DNA from: Escherichia coli
GTDB taxonomy: Bacteria > Pseudomonadota > Gammaproteobacteria > Enterobacterales > Enterobacteriaceae
Assembly: GCF_046105845.1 (NCBI RefSeq)
Contig: NZ_CP151004.1
Strand: one strand, 5' to 3'
Length of the DNA stretch: 64,000 nucleotides
The first letter of the stretch is position 1. Every line of letters starts with the position of its first letter. Of this stretch, positions 32,901-43,423 are shown one piece after another. Made by a program: the position numbers and the translations under genes. Below the pieces are notes generated by a model that saw nothing but the letters and a program-made list of their open reading frames with translations, was not told the DNA's origin and made no database searches.

Positions 32901-33510
32901 CGGTCTGGATCATGTATTGAGTTTGACCGAAAACGTCAACATTCTGGTGCTGGATACGCAATGCTATTCCAATACCGGTGGTCAGGCGTCAAAAGCCACG
33001 CCGCTTGGCGCGGTGACTAAGTTTGGCGAGCACGGCAAACGTAAAGCGCGTAAAGATCTTGGCGTCAGTATGATGATGTACGGTCATATTTATGTGGCGC
33101 AGATATCTCTCGGCGCGCAGCTCAACCAGACAGTAAAAGCGATTCAGGAAGCGGAAGCGTATCCGGGACCATCGCTGATCATCGCTTATAGCCCGTGTGA
33201 AGAGCATGGTTACGATCTGGCACTCAGTCACGACCAGATGCGCCAACTCACTGCCACCGGCTTCTGGCCGCTATATCGCTTCGATCCTCGTCGTGCCGAT
33301 GAAGGCAAACTGCCGCTGGCGCTGGATTCACGCCCGCCGTCAGAAGCACTGGAAGAAACGTTACTTCACGAGCAGCGTTTCCGTCGTCTGAATTCGCAGC
33401 AGCCAGAAGTGGCAGAACAGTTATGGAAAGATGCTGCAGCTGATTTGCAAAAACGCTATGACTTCCTGGCACAAATGGCCGGAAAAGCGGAAAAAAGCAA
33501 CACAGATTAA
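29986..33510 (+). CDS. ydbK: Pyruvate:flavodoxin/ferredoxin oxidoreductase (PFOR) YdbK
   Basis: 1174-aa ORF with two 4Fe-4S ferredoxin motifs (CTQCNHCVAACP, CTGCNLCVEVCP) and TPP-binding domain. Confidence 0.95.
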   Translation: MITIDGNGAVASVAFRTSEVIAIYPITPSSTMAEQADAWAGNGLKNVWGDTPRVVEMQSEAGAIATVHGALQTGALSTSFTSSQGLLLMIPTLYKLAGELTPFVLHVAARTVATHALSIFGDHSDVMAVRQTGCAMLCAANVQEAQDFALISHIATLKSRVPFIHFFDGFRTSHEINKIVPLADDTILELMPQAEIDAHRARALNPEHPVIRGTSANPDTYFQSREATNPWYNAVYDHVEQAMNDFAAATGRQYQPFEYYGHSQAERVIILMGSAIGTCEEVVDELLTRGEKVGVLKVRLYRPFSAKHLLQALPGSVRSVAVLDRTKEPGAQAEPLYLDVMTALAEAFNNGERETLPRVIGGRYGLSSKEFGPDCVLAVFAELNAAKPKARFTVGIYDDVTNLSLPLPENTLPNSAKLEALFYGLGSDGSVSATKNNIKIIGNSTPWYAQGYFVYDSKKAGGLTVSHLRVSEQPIRSAYLISQADFVGCHQLQFIDKYQMVERLKPGGIFLLNTPYSVDEVWSRLPQEVQAVLNQKKARFYVINAAKIARECGLAARINTVMQMAFFHLTQILPGDSALAELQGAIAKSYSSKGQDLVERNWQALALARESVEEVLLQPVNPHSANRPPVVSDAAPDFVKTVTAAMLAGLGDALPVSALPPDGTWPMGTTRWEKRNIAEEIPIWKEELCTQCNHCVAACPHSAIRAKVVPPEAMENSPASLHSLDVKSRDMRGQKYVLQVAPEDCTGCNLCVEVCPAKDRQNPEIKAINMMSRLEHVEEEKINYDFFLNLPEIDRSKLERIDIRTSQLITPLFEYSGACSGCGETPYIKLLTQLYGDRMLIANATGCSSIYGGNLPSTPYTTDTNGRGPAWANSLFEDNAEFGLGFRLTVDQHRVRVLRLLDQFADKIPAELLTALKSDATPEVRREQVAALRQQLNDVAEAHELLRDADALVEKSIWLIGGDGWAYDIGFGGLDHVLSLTENVNILVLDTQCYSNTGGQASKATPLGAVTKFGEHGKRKARKDLGVSMMMYGHIYVAQISLGAQLNQTVKAIQEAEAYPGPSLIIAYSPCEEHGYDLALSHDQMRQLTATGFWPLYRFDPRRADEGKLPLALDSRPPSEALEETLLHEQRFRRLNSQQPEVAEQLWKDAAADLQKRYDFLAQMAGKAEKSNTD

Positions 33511-33538
33511 ATGCACTGGATAAGGATTATCCAATTCT

Positions 33539-33648
33539 AAAAAAAAGCCCGGACGACTGTTCGGGCTTGTCTTTTTATATGTTGGAAAATCAGTGCCAAT
33601 GCAATGGCCCAACAGAAAATAAAATCTGTGACAATAAAGGCATATAAC
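33539..33648 (-). ncRNA. micC: MicC small RNA (Hfq-dependent repressor of ompC/ompD)
   Basis: Reverse complement GTTATATGCCTTTATTGTCACAGATTTTATTTTCTGTTGGGCCATTGCATTGGCACTGATTTTCCAACATATAAAAAGACAAGCCCGAACAGTCGTCCGGGCTTTTTTTT matches remembered MicC including terminator; divergent from ompN as in K-12. Confidence 0.9.
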
Positions 33649-33875
33649 CCGCGCAGAATAACGTATAGCAAATTAAAAGTATAATTTTTATTTTGTATGT
33701 ATTATCTTCGATACATTCACCAGACTTATTATCATTTCAGAGGAATTATTTGATTAAGGTTTTACTTAAGGCGTAACAAATGATATTTATCGGCTAACTG
33801 TACTTCTCCTTTAGGATGTTTTCACTCCCCGAAATGGGGATAAAAGGCAAATAAAATAACTAAAGGATTTATTCA

Positions 33876-34994
33876 ATGAAAAGCAAAGTACTGGCACTTT
33901 TAATTCCCGCCCTGCTCGCCGCAGGTGCTGCACATGCAGCCGAAGTTTATAATAAAGACGGCAACAAATTAGATCTGTATGGCAAAGTTGATGGCCTACA
34001 TTATTTTTCTGATAATACCAATAGTGATGGTGATCAAACTTATGTGCGTTTTGGTTTTAAGGGTGAAACGCAAATCACGGATCAACTGGTTGGGTATGGC
34101 CAGTGGGAATATAACGTGCAGGCTAATGGCTCTGAAGGTGATAAAGGTGATTCCTGGACTCGTCTTGCTTTTGCCGGTCTGAAATTTGGTGACCTGGGTT
34201 CATTCGACTATGGTCGTAATTATGGCGTAATGTACGACATCGAAGGCTGGACCGATATGCTACCGGAATTCGGTGGTGACTCTTATACCAAAGCCGATAA
34301 CTATATGACCGGTCGAGCCAATGGCGTAGCAACCTATCGTAATACTGATTTCTTCGGTCTAGTTGATGGTCTGAATTTTGCGTTACAGTACCAGGGCGCG
34401 AATGAAAACCAGGTCACCCATGAGCAAGAAGGTACCGCAAACGGTGGTGATCGAAACATTAAGAACGCCAATGGAGACGGTTTTGGCATCTCCACTACCT
34501 ACGACTTAGGTATGGGCATGAGTTTTGGTGCCGCCTATACCAGCTCCGATCGCACTAACCAGCAGGCTGAATTCTCTACCGCAAAAGGCGATAAGGCTGA
34601 CGCCTGGACTGCCGGGGCAAAATACGATGCTAACAATATCTACCTGGCGACCATGTATTCTGAAACGCGTAACATGACACCTTACGGTGATTCAACAAAT
34701 ACGATTGCCAACAAAACCCAGAACTTTGAAGTTACTGCGCAGTATCAGTTCGATTTTGGGCTGCGTCCGGCAGTCTCTTTCCTGATGTCTAAAGGCAAGG
34801 ATTTGGTCGGTACCGACGGTGATAAAGATCTGGTTAAATACGCCGATGTTGGCGCGACTTACTATTTCAACAAAAATATGTCCACCTACGTTGACTATAA
34901 AATCAACCTGTTGGATGAAGATGACAGCTTCTACGCTGCCAACGGCATCTCTACCGATGATATTGTCGCTTTAGGTCTGGTTTATCAGTTCTAA
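33876..34994 (+). CDS. ompN: Outer membrane porin OmpN (general-diffusion porin, OmpC/F family)
   Basis: 372-aa ORF with signal peptide and C-terminal LGLVYQF porin motif; at K-12 ompN position. Confidence 0.85.
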   Translation: MKSKVLALLIPALLAAGAAHAAEVYNKDGNKLDLYGKVDGLHYFSDNTNSDGDQTYVRFGFKGETQITDQLVGYGQWEYNVQANGSEGDKGDSWTRLAFAGLKFGDLGSFDYGRNYGVMYDIEGWTDMLPEFGGDSYTKADNYMTGRANGVATYRNTDFFGLVDGLNFALQYQGANENQVTHEQEGTANGGDRNIKNANGDGFGISTTYDLGMGMSFGAAYTSSDRTNQQAEFSTAKGDKADAWTAGAKYDANNIYLATMYSETRNMTPYGDSTNTIANKTQNFEVTAQYQFDFGLRPAVSFLMSKGKDLVGTDGDKDLVKYADVGATYYFNKNMSTYVDYKINLLDEDDSFYAANGISTDDIVALGLVYQF

Positions 34995-35002
34995 ATCCTC
35001 CT

Positions 35003-35027
35003 GCCCGCTGTTATGGCGGGCTTTTTC
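35003..35027 (+). terminator. Rho-independent terminator after ompN (cccgc-tgttatg-gcggg + T5)
   Basis: GC stem followed by CTTTTTC. Confidence 0.7.
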
Positions 35028-35053
35028 TGCTTATTCTTCCTCCTTTGATCTAA

Positions 35054-35569
<516 letters not shown>

Positions 35570-35576
35570 CACTAAC

Positions 35577-35601
35577 GCCCGCACATTGCTGCGGGCTTTT
35601 T
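35577..35601 (+). terminator. Rho-independent terminator after uspF (gcccgca-cattgc-tgcgggc + T5)
   Basis: Stem-loop followed by TTTTT. Confidence 0.7.
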
Positions 35602-35744
35602 GATTCATTTCGCAAATGTGCTGACATTTTCCCCTCTAATCCGTACCATACACGCCACAGTTTTTATATCAGATTTCTTATGCTGGGCGTTCCGGCATGA
35701 CGCATACTCTTCTGATGCCATATAACGAATTGAGTCGCTTTTAA

Positions 35745-36680
35745 ATGTCGCAAAATCAAGAAATTAGTAAGAAAGAACAATACAACCTGAACAAATTACA
35801 AAAACGTCTGCGTCGTAACGTGGGCGAAGCCATTGCTGACTTCAATATGATTGAAGAAGGCGATCGCATCATGGTTTGCCTCTCCGGGGGTAAAGACAGC
35901 TATACCATGCTGGAAATTCTGCGCAATTTGCAGCAAAGCGCGCCAATCAATTTTTCGCTGGTGGCTGTTAACCTCGATCAAAAGCAACCGGGCTTCCCGG
36001 AACACGTTCTGCCCGAGTATCTTGAAAAGCTGGGCGTTGAGTACAAGATTGTTGAAGAGAACACTTACGGTATCGTGAAAGAGAAGATTCCGGAGGGCAA
36101 AACCACTTGCTCACTGTGTTCTCGTCTTCGTCGCGGAATTCTTTACCGTACCGCAACGGAACTGGGAGCGACGAAGATCGCGCTGGGTCACCATCGTGAC
36201 GATATCCTGCAAACGTTGTTCTTAAATATGTTCTACGGTGGCAAGATGAAAGGTATGCCTCCGAAATTGATGAGCGATGATGGCAAACATATCGTGATTC
36301 GTCCGCTGGCCTACTGCCGCGAGAAAGATATTCAGCGCTTTGCCGATGCAAAAGCGTTCCCGATTATTCCGTGCAACCTGTGCGGTTCACAGCCTAACCT
36401 GCAACGTCAGGTGATTGCTGACATGTTGCGTGACTGGGATAAACGTTATCCGGGGCGTATCGAGACGATGTTCAGCGCGATGCAGAATGTGGTGCCGTCG
36501 CATCTGTGCGATACCAACCTGTTCGATTTCAAAGGCATTACCCACGGTTCTGAAGTGGTTAACGGGGGTGATCTGGCGTTTGATCGCGAAGAGATCCCTC
36601 TACAACCGGCGGGTTGGCAGCCTGAAGAAGATGAAAATCAGTTGGATGAGTTACGACTGAATGTGGTTGAAGTGAAATAA
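35745..36680 (+). CDS. ttcA: tRNA 2-thiocytidine(32) synthetase TtcA, full length
   Basis: 311-aa ORF with PP-loop SGGKDS and CxxC motifs (CSLC, CNLCGSQ). Confidence 0.95.
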   Translation: MSQNQEISKKEQYNLNKLQKRLRRNVGEAIADFNMIEEGDRIMVCLSGGKDSYTMLEILRNLQQSAPINFSLVAVNLDQKQPGFPEHVLPEYLEKLGVEYKIVEENTYGIVKEKIPEGKTTCSLCSRLRRGILYRTATELGATKIALGHHRDDILQTLFLNMFYGGKMKGMPPKLMSDDGKHIVIRPLAYCREKDIQRFADAKAFPIIPCNLCGSQPNLQRQVIADMLRDWDKRYPGRIETMFSAMQNVVPSHLCDTNLFDFKGITHGSEVVNGGDLAFDREEIPLQPAGWQPEEDENQLDELRLNVVEVK

Positions 36681-36682
36681 CC

Positions 36683-36771
36683 CGGATAGCGCCCGATGCG
36701 CAAGCGTATCGGGCTACTCTTATGGAGGCCGGATAAGACGCGGCCAGCGTCGCATCCGGCAATCCCGAAGA
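36683..36771. repeat. REP/BIME element (pair of REP palindromes) between ttcA and dbpA
   Basis: gccggataagacgcggccagcgtcgcatccggcaat and flanking cccggatagcgcccgatgcgcaagcgtatcgggc are classic enterobacterial REP sequences. Confidence 0.7.
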
Positions 36772-36808
36772 AGATGTTGACTCTTGCACCCTGCGATTCA
36801 ACATTTCA

Positions 36809-38182
36809 TTATTTTAATAACCGCACCCGGCACGTTTTTCCTTTAATCTTCCCGCCCTGTAACTGTTTCCATGCTTTATGAGCAACAGCCTGACGCACCG
36901 CGACATAGACATGCGCCGGATGCACGGCGATTTTGCCAATATCTGCGCCATCAAGCCCGATATCTCCTGTCAGCGCACCTAATACATCACCCGGGCGCAT
37001 TTTGGCTTTTTTCCCGCCATCGATACATAACGTTGCCATTTCGGCTTCCAGCGGCACAATGGAACTATTAACTGGCGGCGTTTGCCAGTTAAGTTTTATC
37101 TGCAACATGTCAGAAATGATATTGGCCCGCTGTGCTTCTTCCGGGGCACAGAAACTGATCGCCAGACCGCTATTTCCTGCACGCGCTGTACGACCGATGC
37201 GATGTACATGAACTTCAGGATCCCACGCCAGCTCAAAGTTCACCACCAGCTCAAGCGATTTAATATCCAGACCTCGCGCAGCAACATCAGTCGCAACCAG
37301 TACACGGGCGCTACCGCTAGCAAAACGTACCAGGGTCTGATCGCGATCACGTTGCTCCAGATCGCCGTGTAACGACAATGCACTTTGCCCTACTTCATTC
37401 AGCGCGTCGCAGACAGCCTGGCAATCTTTTTTGGTATTGCAAAACACCACACAAGAGGATGGCTGATGCAAGCTTAATAACCGTTGCAACAGAGGAATTT
37501 TGCCTTTACTGGATGTCTCATAAAATTGTTGTTCAATGGGTGGCAGAGCATCTGTTGAGTCAATTTCAATCGCTAAAGGATCGCGTTGCACTCGTCCGCT
37601 GATTGCGGCGATGGCTTCCGGCCAGGTTGCCGAAAACAGAAGCGTCTGGCGAGATGCTGGCGCAAAACGGATGACATCATCAATGGCGTCGCTAAATCCC
37701 ATATCCAGCATGCGGTCGGCCTCATCCATCACCAGCGTATTCAACGCATCCAGTGATACCGTGCCTTTTTGCAGATGATCCAACAAACGGCCCGGCGTTG
37801 CCACGATAATATGCGGCGCATGTTGCAACGAATCACGCTGCATACCGAACGGTTGACCACCGCACAACGTCAAAATTTTGGTATTTGGCAGAAAACGCGC
37901 CAGCCGACGCAATTCACCTGCCACCTGATCCGCCAGTTCACGCGTAGGACACAGCACTAAAGCCTGGGTTTGAAATAGCGACGCATCAATTTGCTGTAAC
38001 AAGCCGAGGCCAAAAGCCGCCGTTTTGCCGCTGCCGGTTTTCGCCTGCACGCGAACATCTTTTCCGGCAAGGATCGCCGGAAGCGCGGCGGCCTGCACCG
38101 GCGTCATGGTTAAATAACCCAACTCATTAAGGTTCGTGAGTTGGGCGGGAGGCAAAACATTCAGGGTAGAAAAAGCGGTCAC
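36809..38182 (-). CDS. dbpA: ATP-dependent 23S rRNA-specific DEAD-box RNA helicase DbpA
   Basis: 457-aa ORF with Walker A (AKTGSGKT) and DEAD motif (VMDEADRM); GTG start. Confidence 0.95.
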   Translation of the reverse strand: MTAFSTLNVLPPAQLTNLNELGYLTMTPVQAAALPAILAGKDVRVQAKTGSGKTAAFGLGLLQQIDASLFQTQALVLCPTRELADQVAGELRRLARFLPNTKILTLCGGQPFGMQRDSLQHAPHIIVATPGRLLDHLQKGTVSLDALNTLVMDEADRMLDMGFSDAIDDVIRFAPASRQTLLFSATWPEAIAAISGRVQRDPLAIEIDSTDALPPIEQQFYETSSKGKIPLLQRLLSLHQPSSCVVFCNTKKDCQAVCDALNEVGQSALSLHGDLEQRDRDQTLVRFASGSARVLVATDVAARGLDIKSLELVVNFELAWDPEVHVHRIGRTARAGNSGLAISFCAPEEAQRANIISDMLQIKLNWQTPPVNSSIVPLEAEMATLCIDGGKKAKMRPGDVLGALTGDIGLDGADIGKIAVHPAHVYVAVRQAVAHKAWKQLQGGKIKGKTCRVRLLK

Positions 38183-38211
38183 AATCTATTCTCGTGGTCA
38201 TCGACGCAAAG

Positions 38212-38385
38212 TCAGCAGGCGCGTATCCTCGCAGATCTACGCTCACGATGCGACAATTTAATCGGTTCTTCGTCGGGTGGTGGGTCAGGCATGGGTTGCG
38301 GGCGAGGGATTGGATCGGGCACAGGAACAGGATCGCCAGGAATCGGTTCAGGGACAGGAATTTGCAAATAAATAAGTGTCGTCAT
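38212..38385 (-). CDS. Candidate 57-codon proline-rich small ORF immediately upstream of dbpA (hypothetical)
   Basis: ATG at 38385 preceded by GGAGGG 5 nt upstream; product MTTLIYLQIPVPEPIPGDPVPVPDPIPRPQPMPDPPPDEEPIKLSHRERRSARIRAC; not in ORF track (<60 aa); the plus strand of the same DNA gives Gly-rich ORFs, so coding status is unproven. Confidence 0.4.
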   Translation of the reverse strand: MTTLIYLQIPVPEPIPGDPVPVPDPIPRPQPMPDPPPDEEPIKLSHRERRSARIRAC

Positions 38386-38442
38386 ATTTCCCTCCGGTCA
38401 TTGGGTGGACACTTAAAGGGTAGACGCTGATAAATAACAGGC

Positions 38443-38564
38443 AAAAAAAAGCCGACTCATCAAAGTCGGCGTCGTACGAATCAATTGTGCTATGCAGTAA
38501 TTCAAAAAAGGAAGTAAGACAATATGGAGCGCAACGCCCATCGCTTGACGTTGCATTCACCTGC
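38443..38564 (-). ncRNA. fnrS: FnrS small RNA (FNR-activated, Hfq-dependent)
   Basis: Reverse complement begins GCAGGTGAATGCAACGTCAAGCGATGGGCGTTGCGCTCCATATTGTCTTACTTCC and ends in GC hairpin + T8, matching remembered FnrS; between zntB and dbpA. Confidence 0.9.
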
Positions 38565-38599
38565 AAGAGAGATATTGCCCTGAATGGGTAGAGAGTTTA

Positions 38600-38613
38600 T
38601 TGACTTCGCTCAA
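38600..38613 (-). promoter_or_regulatory. FNR binding site (TTGAG-CGAA-GTCAA on minus strand) centred about -42 of fnrS
   Basis: Near-consensus FNR box TTGAT-N4-ATCAA at class II activator position relative to inferred FnrS 5' end. Confidence 0.65.
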
Positions 38614-38659
38614 ACTTTGCGGCGTTTTTGTATACAGAAAGCCGGGAAAATTTCTTTTG

Positions 38660-39664
<1,005 letters not shown>

Positions 39665-39897
39665 TTATTTTGTAGTCTAGCCTTCTGGCCCTGTTACGCA
39701 ACATCTCATCACCCCATTACCCTGAAATGATTAATAAAATTCTGTCTAAATTGAATACAAAAAGCAAAATGCTTTTCCGTATACAAACCGTGTGAAGTGT
39801 TAAATAGCGTCTATCATTATCAGAATTATCTGATCATATGACGTGGCTTTTTTGCGATCGGATAGCAACAAAAATTGATAAAAATAACGGGATCTCA

Positions 39898-41130
39898 ATG
39901 ATTACGCACAACTTCAATACCCTGGACTTACTCACCAGTCCTGTCTGGATCGTTTCGCCCTTTGAGGAACAGTTAATTTATGCCAACAGCGCGGCGCGAC
40001 TGTTGATGCAAGACCTCACGTTTAGTCAGCTACGAACCGGTCCCTATTCCGTCTCCTCACAAAAAGAACTGCCGAAATACCTCTCCGATCTGCAAAACCA
40101 ACACGATATTATCGAAATCCTCACCGTTCAGCGCAATGAAGAGGAAACAGCATTGAGCTGTCGGCTTGTTTTGCGAAAGCTGACAGAAGCAGAACCGGTG
40201 ATTATTTTCGAAGGTATCGAAGCACCGGCAACGCTGGGTTTAAAAGCCAGTCGCTCGGCAAATTATCAGCGCAAAAAACAAGGTTTTTATGCGCGCTTTT
40301 TTCTGACTAACTCTGCACCAATGTTGTTGATTGACCCCTCACGAGATGGCCAAATCGTCGATGCTAACCTCGCCGCGCTCAATTTCTATGGCTATAACCA
40401 TGAAACGATGTGCCAGAAACATACCTGGGAAATTAATATGCTCGGGCGTCGCGTCATGCCTATCATGCATGAAATTTCGCATTTACCCGGTGGTCATAAA
40501 CCTTTGAATTTTGTTCATAAACTGGCGGATGGTTCGACTCGTCATGTGCAGACCTATGCTGGGCCGATTGAAATTTATGGCGACAAGCTCATGTTATGTA
40601 TTGTGCATGATATTACTGAGCAAAAACGGCTGGAGGAGCAGCTGGAACATGCTGCCCACCATGACGCGATGACCGGATTACTGAATCGGCGACAGTTTTA
40701 TCACATTACCGAGCCAGGCCAAATGCAGCACCTCGCCATCGCCCAGGATTACAGCTTGTTGCTCATCGACACCGATCGTTTTAAACACATTAACGATCTC
40801 TATGGGCATTCTAAAGGTGATGAGGTGTTATGCGCCCTCGCCCGCACTCTCGAAAGTTGCGCTCGCAAAGGCGATTTGGTATTTCGTTGGGGAGGCGAAG
40901 AGTTTGTCTTATTGCTACCAAGAACCCCACTGGATACCGCGCTTTCGCTGGCTGAAACTATCCGCGTAAGCGTGGCAAAAGTGAGTATTTCGGGCTTACC
41001 ACGCTTTACCGTCAGCATTGGTGTGGCGCATCACGAAGGAAATGAAAGCATCGATGAACTGTTTAAACGCGTTGATGATGCTTTGTATCGGGCGAAAAAT
41101 GATGGACGCAACCGCGTGCTGGCGGCATAA
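39898..41130 (+). CDS. dgcM: Diguanylate cyclase DgcM (YdaM), PAS-PAS-GGDEF
   Basis: Start trimmed to MITHNFNTLDL (410 aa); GGEEF active site (RWGGEEFVLLL). Confidence 0.9.
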   Translation: MITHNFNTLDLLTSPVWIVSPFEEQLIYANSAARLLMQDLTFSQLRTGPYSVSSQKELPKYLSDLQNQHDIIEILTVQRNEEETALSCRLVLRKLTEAEPVIIFEGIEAPATLGLKASRSANYQRKKQGFYARFFLTNSAPMLLIDPSRDGQIVDANLAALNFYGYNHETMCQKHTWEINMLGRRVMPIMHEISHLPGGHKPLNFVHKLADGSTRHVQTYAGPIEIYGDKLMLCIVHDITEQKRLEEQLEHAAHHDAMTGLLNRRQFYHITEPGQMQHLAIAQDYSLLLIDTDRFKHINDLYGHSKGDEVLCALARTLESCARKGDLVFRWGGEEFVLLLPRTPLDTALSLAETIRVSVAKVSISGLPRFTVSIGVAHHEGNESIDELFKRVDDALYRAKNDGRNRVLAA

Positions 41131-41150
41131 GCCGCGGATGCGTCTCGAGA

Positions 41151-41714
41151 TCAACGGCTGCGCTTAGCGTGGCGCTCCCAGTTTTCTTGCTTCGCCTGCG
41201 CCGTTTTACGTAGTGCGACGTAACACGCCCCGCTGCCGCCATGATACGGTAGCGCGGTGCAATATGCCTGAACATCATCAAATTCGGTCAGCCAGCGCGC
41301 CACATAGCTGCGGACAATATTGGCATGCGATTTATCATCCCGCCCTTTACCATGAATAATCAGCACGTTACGCAAACCATCCGCCATGGCTTGTTGAATG
41401 AAACTGAACATCATTTTGCGGCACTCTTCCACCGGCTGGCGCAAAAGATTCAGGCTCGCCTGTTGCGGATATTTACCACTGCGCAGCTTATCCAGCACCC
41501 CATGTTGCAACCCTTCCCGCCGAAACTCCAGCGGCTGACTTAGCGGGATGATGTCGAGAAATCCGGTGGTGAGGAAATTATCAAGTTGCAGCGTGTCAAT
41601 ACGCTGCGGCGCACGTTGGTTACGCGTTGGATGCCAGTGGACATCTGTAGCACGTTTCAGCGGCTGGACATCTTCCATGGCGTCAAGAAACAGCGATTTG
41701 TCGTCAAGGTTCAT
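41151..41714 (-). CDS. smrA: Smr-domain endonuclease SmrA (YdaL)
   Basis: 187-aa ORF with Smr domain (LIIHGKG); K-12 synteny. Confidence 0.88.
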   Translation of the reverse strand: MNLDDKSLFLDAMEDVQPLKRATDVHWHPTRNQRAPQRIDTLQLDNFLTTGFLDIIPLSQPLEFRREGLQHGVLDKLRSGKYPQQASLNLLRQPVEECRKMMFSFIQQAMADGLRNVLIIHGKGRDDKSHANIVRSYVARWLTEFDDVQAYCTALPYHGGSGACYVALRKTAQAKQENWERHAKRSR

Positions 41715-41908
41715 GTAACCTCCTATGCACCTTCACACGTCGTGATTCAGACGGGTTAATTGTTCATACTTACTGCATCGTTCCCTTCACAGATTGAAAC
41801 AATACTCTACTTCATACCTGTGAGTATCTGCGCAGGCGGGGCATTTTATACTAGCCTGTTAGCAGTATCGAACAGTTTAGCCCGAGTTTAATTCAGCACA
41901 GGCTCCGA

Positions 41909-43423
41909 TCAGGATGATTTATTCATAGCAGGAACCAACAAAAATGCGATAAATAACAGACCACTGATTAGCAGAAAGGTATCCGAAAATGCCATAGTTT
42001 GCGCCTCCCTCAGCATCAATTGACTCAATAATTTGGTTGAAGCCAGTATTTCCGATGTCTGGTCACTTCCACTGCGATTAAAAAACAAAGCACTTCTGGA
42101 AATGAAGTCATTCACCGTATGGGGAACAGAAACCATTTTTTCACTCATTCTCGAAAAATGAAAATTAGTTCGATTATTGAGAATAGAGCCACACAGGGCA
42201 ATACCAATCGCGCCCCCAAGATTACGTGTTAAATTAAATACACCAGAGGCTAACTTCAGCCGTTCTTTTGGAATTCCCCCCAGCGTTAATGTTACGATGG
42301 GGGCCATCGCAAACTGCTGCGAAATCCCTCTAATTGCCTGTGGAAACAGTAACTCCTGCCATCCCCATTCGTGGGTTATAGGGGTAAAAAGATACATTGA
42401 AAACACAAATCCACCCAGCCCCGCCATCAACAGCCATCGCAGATTTATTTTTTTACTTAACCAGAAGTAAAAGGGAACAGAAAATAACTGGAAAATACCT
42501 GTTGTGCAAACGGCAAAACCTATCTCTTCGGCATTTAATCCGCGAACCTGTCCCAAAAACACAGGTATTAAATATACAGTAGAGAATATCCCAACCCCTC
42601 CAGAAAAAGAAAAAAAACATCCCAGCGTGAAATTTTTATCCTTAAAAGCATGAAGATCCATTATCGGATTGGATATTGTAAGTGTACGCGCAGCAAATAA
42701 AATAAAACTCACCAATGCCAGAACTGATGTCAGCAAAATAGTATTATCATCCAGCCATCCCCAGCGCGCTCCTTCTTCAAGGGTATATTCCAGACATCCC
42801 AGTGTCATGGCCAACAGGATAATACTCGGATAATCAGCAACTTTCAGTAAAGAGAGATCAGGTTTATCAAAATTAACCAGAAAAGGAATACTCAAAACTA
42901 AATATATGCCAGGTAATATATTGATATAAAATAGCCATCGCCAGTCGAGGTTATCAGTGATCCAGCCCCCCAGAGTTGGCCCTAGCGTCGGTGACAGTGA
43001 GGCCAGCGCACTGACTACCGCAGCAGCCAACCCCAACTCTTTACCCTGGTAATAAATAAACGCCGTCGTGAAAACTAAAGGGATCATGGATGCGCCAGCC
43101 GCTCCCTGTAAAGCACGAAACAAAATCATGATCTGAATATTCCATGCAAGTCCACACGCGATACTCATTAAAGTAAATATTCCCGCGGATAGAGTAAAAA
43201 GCCAACGAGTGGAAAATACCCGTGACAGCCACCCAGAGAGCGGAATAACAATAATCTCAGCAATTAAATAGCTGGTCTGAAGCCAGGCCATTTCGTCTTT
43301 ACCTGCGGACAGACCACCACCTATTTCATTTAGGGATGACGATACAATTTGAATATCAAGCTGAGCAATAAATAATCCCATACACATACTGGCGAAAGCA
43401 ATATGTTTACGCATAGACATCAT
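41909..43423 (-). CDS. MFS drug/H+ antiporter, DHA2 (14-TMS, EmrB/QacA-like) family
   Basis: 504-aa highly hydrophobic ORF with MFS signatures; 4-bp overlap with upstream MFP gene; AT-rich relative to flanks; no counterpart at this position in K-12 (memory). Confidence 0.85.
   Translation of the reverse strand: MMSMRKHIAFASMCMGLFIAQLDIQIVSSSLNEIGGGLSAGKDEMAWLQTSYLIAEIIVIPLSGWLSRVFSTRWLFTLSAGIFTLMSIACGLAWNIQIMILFRALQGAAGASMIPLVFTTAFIYYQGKELGLAAAVVSALASLSPTLGPTLGGWITDNLDWRWLFYINILPGIYLVLSIPFLVNFDKPDLSLLKVADYPSIILLAMTLGCLEYTLEEGARWGWLDDNTILLTSVLALVSFILFAARTLTISNPIMDLHAFKDKNFTLGCFFSFSGGVGIFSTVYLIPVFLGQVRGLNAEEIGFAVCTTGIFQLFSVPFYFWLSKKINLRWLLMAGLGGFVFSMYLFTPITHEWGWQELLFPQAIRGISQQFAMAPIVTLTLGGIPKERLKLASGVFNLTRNLGGAIGIALCGSILNNRTNFHFSRMSEKMVSVPHTVNDFISRSALFFNRSGSDQTSEILASTKLLSQLMLREAQTMAFSDTFLLISGLLFIAFLLVPAMNKSS

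Noticed and set aside
38212-38385. CRISPR array or other spaced-repeat locus
   Set aside because: No regularly spaced direct repeats of 25-40 bp anywhere in the window; the short-period repeat under the Pro-rich ORF is degenerate and contiguous, not repeat-spacer structured.
38141-38430. Plus-strand Gly-rich ORFs (76 and 78 aa) between dbpA and fnrS
   Set aside because: They run antisense to the proline-rich candidate ORF and into the dbpA start, and have no SD; the minus-strand reading with GGAGGG-ATG is the more plausible coding frame, if any.
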